The notes under the pieces are model-generated. The model was not told the origin of the DNA and made no database searches. It saw only the letters and a list, made by a program, of their open reading frames with translations. A stretch of DNA of 64,000 nucleotides from Octopus sinensis (Eukaryota): assembly GCF_006345805.1 (NCBI RefSeq), contig NC_043018.1, positions 4,154,001 to 4,218,000 of the forward strand, given 5' to 3'. Position 1 is the stretch's first letter, and each line of letters starts with the position of its first letter. A program made the position numbers and the translations under genes. Of this stretch, positions 53,831 to 64,000 are shown in pieces.

Positions 53831-56800
53831 TTGTCTATGAGTGTTTACAAAACCATGCTGGTTAACAGCTTCAACCAATGATGTTTGAATTCTTTTGAAT
53901 TTTTCTAGGATAAAAATCTCCATACCTGAAAAATGGGTATGGGTTGAGAATAAGAGGAACTGCCAACTGAAAAAAAAAAAAACTGCCTTAATTCTCTCCC
54001 ATTCAGACCATGTTAGCCTGAAAAAAAAAAACAGACATTGAACAAATAAGAAATGTAAGGTCAAGAAACAATTCGTAATGCATCTCGGAGATTGTATGAC
54101 AGCATTCTCATACTACAACAACAACAAATCTAATCTTCAATAGTTTCATCTCGTATATATACTATACATGTTTGAGAATGTACATAAAAGCTATCAAATG
54201 GATAATTGAGAGCACACTCAAATTTAATTTGACTATTGAATTAATCTTTATATGAGAGAAGTTACTTCATAGTTTCACTGCTGATTGACATCATCAGACT
54301 GTCAGATTATCCAGTAGTGTGTCCTTCTTTTGTATCAGTAGGGAATATTTGGCTGTAATTTCTAGCTGTCTGATTGACCATGTAGAAGCCCCCTCATTAG
54401 CTGGTATATATTAAATTTATAAGTGTAGCTGTTTAATACACTTTCTATAAGTAAAACCAATAAGTTAGGCTGATGGCTTTAGTGAAATCTTTCATGTTTC
54501 GTATTAAGAAATATAAGATATTGTGCAAATTGATTTTTTCCTGAATATAAGGGTGGGGGGAACTCACTGTTTTCTTCTGTAGGTATTGGGGTGTTTGCTT
54601 TTTTTCAATCCTGACCTTTCCTCCTTTTCACTCACTGTTTTTCTTTTTTCTTTTTGTGTGTGTGTTGCTGTTTTCCCTTCCTCCTGCAACTGCATAACTC
54701 GTCATTTCAATTTCTGTTAAATGTTTCAATTTATTATTGTACAATATTCTCTCTTTTTTTTTTATTTTCTAAATCAGAATTAACAGTTTTTCAAAATCTT
54801 AAATGCATGTTAAACACCCATAAAGAAATTTTATTCAATTTGTAACTGTTGGTTGTCTATTTAAAAGTCTAACAAACTGGTTGCAATTTTAAAACACAAG
54901 TTTAGAAAGTTATTAACACAAGAACTTTGCAATTGATCTGTACACATGCATACTCACACCCACACACATACTTTGTTGTAAATGTAATATAATCACTTCT
55001 CCAGTATTGTACTTTATTGTGCATAATAACAACAGTAATTGCTCTTACTGATGTGTACATTGAAGCAAGGTGTGATGTCATATGTAGAAATGACAGTATA
55101 AGAAGGCAGAGTGCCCCACAGGTTAAATGCTTTTTATCTTGAAGTAATGCTGAGAGATTGGCTGATTAAATTAACAGAATGCTAGTTAATTATCAGCTAA
55201 GATTTCTGCTGCTCAAGTTCTATCATGGATAAGGAGTATAATTCTTCTCTGTAAACAACAGTAGTAGTAATCATCACTGCTGCCACTCTAGTAGTAGTAT
55301 TAGTAGTAGTAGTAAAGAATTGGCATGAACTAGGTTCAGCTATTAACAGTGCTGGATTTTGAACATTGTTGCTTTTCATGCACCATTCTTACAGGCATCA
55401 ATGATCATGGACAGACCACCATGCCAAAGTCAGAAAATTCATGATTTTTCTTAGAAACGATACCAGATTGGTTTCCCATTGCCTTGTTCTTGTTTATTGA
55501 CACTTTATCCTACTAGTCTCCTGTTCTCTCATGCTTACCCTTGAGGCACAGGGATAACCCTTAGGAAAGAGAACTGGTTCATGTGACATCAGGGTATGTC
55601 CGTATACCAATGGCCCTGTATGATGCTCTCTTCTGAGTTCTGTATACCTTAGCTACAGGACTGACTTCTGCTGTTTGACCCATAACTGGAGCCTTTGACA
55701 AGTACTCTTATCCCAAGCCAGAGCAGACTTGAGGTAGTGATGACCAGAGGTAGCTCCATGCTCTTAAAAACTCTTGAGTCGGATCCTCACCAGTGGATCC
55801 AGCTCAGGGCATTAGCTTTAGCAATTCTGGTGACCTAGAGGGAGACACTTCTGTGCTAGATGAAAAGTATGGGAGAAGGTGAACAGGAAAGGTTTCTTGG
55901 TGCAGAGGAGCTATTACATGGCTGCTCACATAGAGAAGAGTGTCCAGAGTGGAGCTAGAGAGGTAAAAGTAGTGATGGTCAGGATTCAGAGTGAACCATC
56001 AAGGTATGAGGTGAATAGGAGAGAGGAATAGAATGAAGTGTGGATAGGTAGAGGTTGCAAGAATGTATGGAGCTGAGTGATGGATGATTAGAGATGATAG
56101 GGAGTGAGTGAGGAAGTGAAATTGTGAATGAAGAACAAAGAGTGAAGGATGAAAACTTTGTCGAATTCCAAACAAGAAAAAAGAGGACGAATTGGTGTCG
56201 TTTTCTTTGTTGTTGAGAAATGTCATTCATCTTTGCTCCCCTCTGCCTGTAACACAGGTAAAACTGATTGAATGTTTGGTAGCAACATACAAGTCCTTAA
56301 ATGCAGAAGCAAAGATGTCTGGTACATCACTTTACATGTATGTCACACCTTTATTATAGAAGAAATTTTACTTAAATTTAAAATTGACAGCATGTGTTTT
56401 GTGCATGTGTTGATGGGTGTCAATTTTTTTTAAAGCTTGTGGCAGGGTGTTTGACTCTTATATCCAGCAGTTCAAGAGGCTGCATAGAAGCGCTCTTGTT
56501 GGATTGCTAGCACTTTTGTTGGTTGGAGCCAGGTTGCAGCACTGTCATGGCTTGCTTCATTTTTTTTCCTGTGTTCTGCAAAGGTTCTAGTACTGCACAT
56601 TTCCCTTTTTTATATATTCTTGATATGACAACCGCCCTCACTTTTTTTTTAAAGAAATAATTGTTTTTTTCAATTGTCAAAATGTTTGAAGATATTTCAT
56701 GTTGTATTTTGATGATTTTTTTTTTTTGTCAACTTGTAGAAATAAAACAAAACAACATTAATCTTGGATTTGCAAGTTATTAATATGTATTCTAAGTTTA

Positions 56801-57454
56801 AACACTCTACACACATTCATCATCATCATAATAATGATGGTTTTTGCTTTTTAGCCACCACGACCACCGCCTCGTATAAAATCAAGTATAACTCGAGGGT
56901 CTCCAAAGATCTACTCCCGTGCCTCTGATAGGTAAGCACCTCTTTGCTGCAATCCACCTTACAAACTAACCAGTATGTATTACCAAAGATGAGATTTACT
57001 CTTCACTGCATATCTATATTTGATTGCTAATCCATTTAAATGTCGGAGCTCTCTCCCTCATTAGAACTGTTGTTGATGACTTCTCATTACAGGTGGAATT
57101 TTAATTCTTTCTTCCCTCCAGCAATTAGCTATGTGAGTTCTTGCTTAAAAGTTTCATGTAGAGATTTCATAACTTTCCAGCAACTCTTCCTTTTTTCTTT
57201 AGTTTCTAATATTTTACTTATGTCTTCACAATCAGCACAACAATATTCGCTATTCTGTAATATATTGTTTTATGCTCCTTGCATTATTATTTCTAGTCAG
57301 CTTTTTTTAAATTTTATTTTATTTCATGCTTTCTGCATTAATTATATTAATGGGAACTTATAGTTTGAAGCTGCTTTGGATTGAGTCATTCGTTGAAACT
57401 TGAAAGCTGGAATACAAAACTGAAAAAGATTTGCTAAAATAAACTGAGGCATTG

Positions 57455-57640
57455 TCTTTATCTTAGAATCCATTTTTCCATGTTGGTATGGGTTGGACAG
57501 TTCGACAAGAACCGAACTGAGTTCCAGTCTCTACTTTGGCATGGTTTTTTATCTTTTTGATTGGATGCCCTGCTTAGTGCCAACCATTTTACATTGTAGT
57601 GGATGCCTTTTTGTGTCACTAAGTAACTTGCAAGACAAAG
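57455..57640 (-). mobile_element. RTE 3' UTR fragment
   Basis: TTTTCCATG..GGTATGGGTTGGACAGT...GGATGCCCT. Confidence 0.7.
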
Positions 57641-57654
57641 AAAAAGCCTCCTCA

Positions 57655-57942
57655 TCTACATGGTTGTGTAGTTAGATGTTTGCTTCCCAACGTCGTGGTT
57701 CCAGGTTCAGTCCCATTGTGTGGCACCTTGAGCAAGTGTCTTCTACTATAGCTTTGGGCTGACCAAACCCTTGTGAATAGATATGGTTCACAGAAACTGA
57801 AAGAATATATATATAAGTTCAATTAAAGGTTAAAAACCTCATTAAGGGATAATAAAATCCAATGATTATACTGGTTTATTACATATTACAAAAAGTATTG
57901 ACTATTACATTTAATATTCAACTAATCAGATAAACCGGGGTT

Positions 57943-58018
<76 letters not shown>

Positions 58019-58250
58019 CACATTTGTATGTGCGTGTGTCTTTGTCTGTGTTTGTTCCTCACCACCACTTGACAACCAGTGTTGGTGTGTTGATGTCCCC
58101 ATAACTTAGAGATTCAGCAAAAGAGACCAATAAAATAAGTACCAGGCTTAGAAAAAGCTAAGTACTAGGGTTGATACATTTGACTAAAAAATTTTCTAGG
58201 CATTGCCCCAGCATGGCTGCAGTCTAATGATTGAAACAAGTAATAGATAA
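57655..58250 (+). mobile_element. SINE family A, near complete, with internal (AT)n/(AC)n
   Basis: GGTTCAGTCCC B-box, core, and GCCCCAGCATGGCTGCAGTCTAATGATTGAAACAAG tail. Confidence 0.85.
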
Positions 58251-58600
58251 AAAGAAAGATAAAAAAGAACTGAATGGGTTTGTCATAGAGAGGGAGGTGG
58301 TTTTATGTTGCGTCAAGATGAACAGGCCCAGGTGTCTTTCTGATGAATAGAAGTTGTAGGGCCTTCTCAGCCAGAGAGAAAAGAGATGCTGAAAGTGTAC
58401 AAACAGTTATTTACCAGCATTATTTTATTGTTATTTCTTTTAGTTTAATTTGTCCAAAAAGTAATGGTTTAGTTTCTAGGAAGTATTCTTGTATTATAGT
58501 TGCTTTTTCCTTCTTTACATTTTTAGTTGATTTGTTCAAACAATAATGCTTTGGTTTGTAGAAGGTATTCTTGTATTATAGCTGCCTTTTTTTCTAACAG

Positions 58601-58630
58601 GAACTCAGAGTGTCCAGATTCACCAAAAGA
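58601..58630 (+). CDS. Candidate 30-nt symmetric exon of the same gene
   Basis: gctgccttttttttctaacag acceptor and AGA|gtaagt donor around 30 nt with no stop in any frame; no homology support. Confidence 0.35.
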
Positions 58631-60552
58631 GTAAGTTATGTATTTCAGTTAATGACTGACACAAAGCTCGACTGACTCTAATATTTATTAACCCTCTTCA
58701 AAACAACAAATACTCTCACCTCAACCTCGCCTCACTCTTATTTCTTTTGTTATTCTTCTATAATGAATTTTTTGATACTTTGGGTGATATTTCATTAATT
58801 ACTCTAAACTGCCTTCTATGGTACCTTTGTTGCCAATCTGTACTTGGATATATATTTGTTTTCTTTTTGCAACATTATCTTGACTGTCATGGACACAGTA
58901 TTTCATTAATGTATGTACTCCCTTGTAATACTGTCATACTCCTTGTCAACGCAGATGAGATCTAATTAAATGCTCTACTCTTTTAACACCTCCATGTTTT
59001 TGGCATCATACAGTACTCTATTAACTCTGTACTCCTGCTTTTGTAACACCAGTGTACTTATAAATTGATAATAATTACTACAAGGAAGGAACTATATACA
59101 CACACGTATGTGAATGAATGAATGAATGTGAGTGTGTACATGAATGTGTATAACTTTTTTATTAAAAGCCTGGGTAATAGGTGGGTAGTAGAATTGGTAC
59201 AGCATCAACCTACCCTGCAGTATTTATTTACAAACTGAGTGGAAATCTTATCCAGGTTCACTTTGCCTTCCTTGGCTGATAACATAAACACTTAGAGTGA
59301 TAAATGTAATTGACTACACCCTAGGAGTTGCCCCAGTATAGCCTCAGTTCAATAACTGGAACTAGTAAACAGATTAAAGAGCAGAAACAAGTGTTGGTCA
59401 ATGGTTAAATAAAAACAAAAATGTTTCAGTCAATATCTGTTGTGGCTTGTTGGTCGTTCTTTAGTTATGGTTTGTTTTATATGTGATAGGTTCTTGAATA
59501 AAGAAAGATAAGTAGAGTCAAATTTGGGTACAAGGGCAACAATTTTTGGAGGAAAGAGAAGTTAATTACATTAATCCCAGGGCTCAACTAAAAGGTTGAA
59601 AATGTTAACCTTAGCAGGATTTGAACTCAGAACATGAAGACCCAGAAGAAATGCTGCTCAGCATTTTGTATGACAGGCCAACAATTCTGTCAGCTTGCTG
59701 TCTGAATAATAGGCTCACCATCTGAATAATATAATGAGAAAAATCCAACTTCCTTATGATTGGAGAGGGTTTTTTTTTTTTTGTTAGAAAGTTGAGGTAA
59801 GAAATGAGAAATTCTGCAAATTTTCTTTTCTAAATCATTCTAGAAAATGGTACTTGTAAAACTGCAATGGAAAATTAAAACTGTGTGTATGTTTGGTCAG
59901 AGGAAGAAAGTCTTATCCCATGATGATCTTTGATGACTCTCAGTTTGGTAACTTCTGTGGTTCAGCTAGGATTTCTGCTGGTTGAGGACTCAAGAGGGCA
60001 AGAAGGGAAATTGAGAAGGCTGCCATTGTGAGATGAGAAGAAGCATTGAGTAATGTGTTTAGTTAGAGTGTGTTAGGTGATGCAGGAGACATAATGAGAT
60101 GAGGGGGCAGGTGCATTGGGTGGGCTCTGATGCAAGTATTATGTGGCTTGCTTGCTTGGTGGAGCAGAAACTGAAGTAATGGCAGAAAAAGAGAATCAAT
60201 GAATGTATTGTGGTGGTTGAATATTTGTATCAAAAATTGCCATTTTTCTAGGATGTGTGCATATGTAACAGTGCTGCCATCTCAGTGATGTTAATATGGA
60301 CCACTCATGAACTTTGTAGAATGTTTCAGAAACTGATTGGGATTAGGGTATTTTGGTCCCCCTCGAGAAAACTTTGGAATAAAGTTTCAGTGATGTTTAC
60401 GATGAGTTAACCATGAGAGAGGGTTGTAAATTGTAAGGAGTTGCAGATATTTTTTTGTCTCGCACATATGTTCATTGGGGCTGGGTGTAAGACCATTTTC
60501 TTTGAGTCACAATTGAAATAATGTCTACAAAGTATAGTTCTACAGAGGACTC

Positions 60553-63500
60553 ATCATCATTTAACGTCTACTTTCCATGCTAGCATGGGTTGGACAATTT
60601 TGACTGAGGGCTGGTGAACCAGATGGCTGCACCAAGCTCCAATCTTGATTTGGCAGAGTTTCTACAGCTGGATGCCCTTCCTAACACCAACCACTCCGAG
60701 AGTGTAGTGGGTGCTTTTTACGTGCCACCGGCACTGGGGCCAGTCGGGCGGTACTGGCAACGACCTCACTCAAATCCTTTTACACATGCCACCAGCACAG
60801 GTGCCAGTAAGGCAACGTTGATAATGATCACGCTCGAATGGTGCCCATTTATGTGCCACTGACACGGAAGCCGGTTGGCTGCTCTGGCAACGATCACGCT
60901 CGGATGGTGCGCTTGGCACCCTACTAGCACGAGCACAAGTGCCAGTAAGGCGATGCTGGTTACGATCACGCTCGAATGGTGCCCTTTAAATGTCACTTGC
61001 ACGAAAGCCGGTAGCCACTCTGTCAATGATCACGCTCGTATGGTGCTCTTTGCACCCTGCTATCATGGACGCCAGTCATCGAGTTTGATTTTGCTTTTGA
61101 TTGATTTCACTTACCTCAACAGGTCTTCGCAAGCAGAGTTTTAGTGTCCAAAGAAAGAAAAGGTACGCATAAGTGGGCTGGTTACGCCCCTGGCATAGGC
61201 CATGAGATTATGGTCTCACTTGGCTTGCCAGGTCTTCTCAAGCACAGCATACTTCCATAGGTCTCAGTCACTAGTCATTTCTTTGGTGAGGCATAAAGTT
61301 CGAAGGTTGTGCTTCACCACTTCATCCCAGGTCTTCCTGGGTCCACCTCTTGCACAGGTTCCCTCAACCGCTAGGGTGTGGCACTTTTTCACACAGTTGT
61401 CCTCATCCATTCTTGCCACATGACCATACCTGCACAGTCGTCTCTCTTGCACACCACAGCTGATGCTTCTTAGGTCCAACATTTCTTTCAAGGTACTTAC
61501 ACTCTGTCGAGTATGCACACTGACATTACACATCCATCGGATCATACTGGCTTCATTCTTTGCGAGCTTACGCATGTCCTCAGCAGTCACAACCCATGTT
61601 TCACTGCCATGTAGCATGGCTGTTCGTACGCAAGCGTCATACAGTCTACCTTTTACTCTGAACAAGAGGCTCTTTGTCACCAGAAGAGGTAAGAGCTCTC
61701 TGAACTTTGCCCAAGCTATTCTTATTCTAGCAGCTACACTTTCAGCGCACCCCACTCCGCTACTGACTTGGTCCCCTAGGTAACGAAAGCTATCAACTAC
61801 TTCTAGTTTTTCTCCCTGGAATGTGGCGGAAGTTGGTCTCTGCATATTTTCAGTGTTTATTGCTCCCTAGCATCTGCCACATACAAAAACTATCTTCCCC
61901 GTTAGCCTCCCTTTGATATTACTGCACCGCTTATGTGTCCATAGCTTACACTGGGTACATCTTATTGAGTTTCTACCTACGCCTCTACTACAGATTGAGC
62001 AGGGCCATCTACCTGAAGGAATTTGTGGTTTGCCTGCCTTCCTACATATTAGGACATTGGTTTTAGCTAGGTTGACTCTAAGGCCCTTCGATTCTAATCC
62101 TTGTTTCCACACTTGAAACTTCTCTAGTTCTGTTAGTGACTCAGCAATTAGAGCAAGGTCATCAGCATAGAGGAGCTCCCAGGGGCATCCTGTCTTGAAT
62201 TCCTTTGTTATTGCCTGGAGGACTATGATAAATAGGAGGGGTCTGAGGACTGAACCTTGGTGGACCCCTACCTCTACCCGGAATTCTTCAGTGTACTCGT
62301 TGCCAACCCTCACCTTACTTGCGGCGTCCCTGTACATGGCTTGCACAGCTCTCACTAACCATTTATCTATCCCTAGTTTCCTCATTGACTACCAGATAAG
62401 GAATTGGGGGACCCTGTCAAAGGCTTTCTCCATGTCAACGAAAGCCAGGTACAGGGGCTTATCTTTGGCTAGGTATTTCTCCTGCAGTTGTCTTCCCAGA
62501 AATATGGCATCAGTAGTGCTTTTCCCTGTCACGAAACCTAACTGCATCTCATCCAAGTTGACTCTCTTCTTAATCAGTTGGGCTATGACCCTCTCCGTAA
62601 CCTTCATTACCTGATCCAACAGCTTGATACATCTGTAATTATTTGTATCTAAAGCGTCACCTTTACCTTTGTAGCAGTTGACTATTATGCTGCTACACCA
62701 GTCATTGGGTATGACTCCTTCGTGTATCACCTGGTTAACTATATGGGTAACTAGGCTATAGTTGACACTACCAGAATTTTTGAGCATCTCTGCAGTAATT
62801 CCTGATGGGTCTGGGGCCTTCCCTGTCTTTATGCTTCTAATTGCCTTATCTACCAAGGAACTGTCAACTTGGATAGCTGGTCCCTCTGTTGGGTTGACAT
62901 TTGGCAGACTCTCTTTATCCCATTCATTTTCTTTATTCAGCAACCTTTCATAGTGGTGTCTCCAAACCTCTCTCTTTGAATCCTCATTCAGCGCAACTGA
63001 ACCATCATCCATTCGAACACATTTCTCTCCTACCACATCACGATTCTCTTTCACACACTGTCTTGCAACATGAAATACCTGAAGTCTTTGGTCCTCACGG
63101 CGCAGAACATTGGCAAATTTTTTCTTATTTGCTTCCCCTTGGCTAAATAAACCTGCCTCCTAGCTTCTTCTGGCAGTCTGATACACTTCCCTGCCACCAC
63201 CATTCTTCCAAGCCTGTTTCTTTTGCTTAATAGCCCTGTCAACAACATTGTTCCACCACCACGTTATTTTCGGTCGGGAGGGGACTTTGCACCATCCTCA
63301 GATCTAGTCGGTGGCCCTTAGCAGGTTCTCCCGTAGGAACCTCCAGTTGTCTTCTATACCATGTGAAGCTATATCCCCTTCTATTCCGTCAAAGGTTTCG
63401 AGTAATATGTCTCTAAATGTCTGTCTATTTGCAGGATCTTTAAGTCTCCAGACCCTTCTTCTCCTTGCTGGTTGTCTTCTGGGCATCCATTTAGCCCTGA

Positions 63501-64000
63501 TCCTGAAGTCACTAACTACTAGTCTATGTTGTGGGGTACATTCTTTGCCTGGGAAGGTTTTGGCATTTATAAGCAACTATCTTTCCCTTTTTCTGGTGAG
63601 GATGTAGTCGATCTGACTAGTGTGTCTGCCAGTGCGGTAGGTGACTCGGTGGCTAGCAGGTTTTCTGAAGTTTGTATTGCAAACCATAAGATCATTTGCA
63701 TCACAGAACTCCAGCAGCCTGTTTCCCTCCTCATTGCGAGAACCAAAACTGTAGCCTCCATGTATATCATGGAAGCCCCCAACATGTTGTCCAACATGTC
63801 CATTGAAGTCGACAGCCACAAAGAGAAGGTCCCTGTCATTCGTCAACGCGGTAGTCTGCAAGAGGGCGTCATAGAATCGGTCTTTCTGTCCATCGGGTAG
63901 CTCCGGCTGAGGGGCATAGGCCAAGATAATGGTTGCTAACCCATGATGGAGCACTAATTTAATCTTAAGTATTCTGTTGCATACTCTGACTACCTCAATT
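60553..64000 (-). mobile_element. Large RTE LINE (3' UTR, PHD, RT, APE), runs off the window end
   Basis: ORFs 61264-63954 on minus, collinear with the 1432-3797 copy. Confidence 0.92.

Noticed and set aside
55197-56230. Possible minus-strand gene or extra exons (ORFs 55197-55379, 55979-56230)
   Set aside because: No recognisable domain or consistent splice signals; more likely an old repeat.

Overview
Eukaryotic, AT-rich, repeat-dominated intronic DNA. The SINE/RTE content and (AT)n load point to an octopus (coleoid cephalopod); that assignment is inference. The only host gene I can support is a plus-strand DENND1/connecdenn-family Rab GEF: 9 short coding exons from 825 to 52129 that splice in frame, including one GC-AG intron of ~24 kb, plus two candidate microexons. 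The introns hold five large RTE-clade LINE copies (with a PHD finger inside the RT and a tandem structured 3' UTR), a BovB-like RTE, a broken CR1-like LINE, several tRNA-derived SINE families, a decayed Buster/Charlie hAT transposon and kilobase (AT)n/ACATGTATGT arrays. The most striking signal is a set of Penelope-like element (PLE) remnants carrying 13 type I hammerhead ribozyme (HHR) motifs read by eye. Eight of them sit as inverted pairs in long fold-back palindromes, and three of those palindromes have no recognisable ORF. All RNA structures and family calls are manual and unverified by search. The many Tyr/Ile-rich ORFs in the track are microsatellite artefacts.
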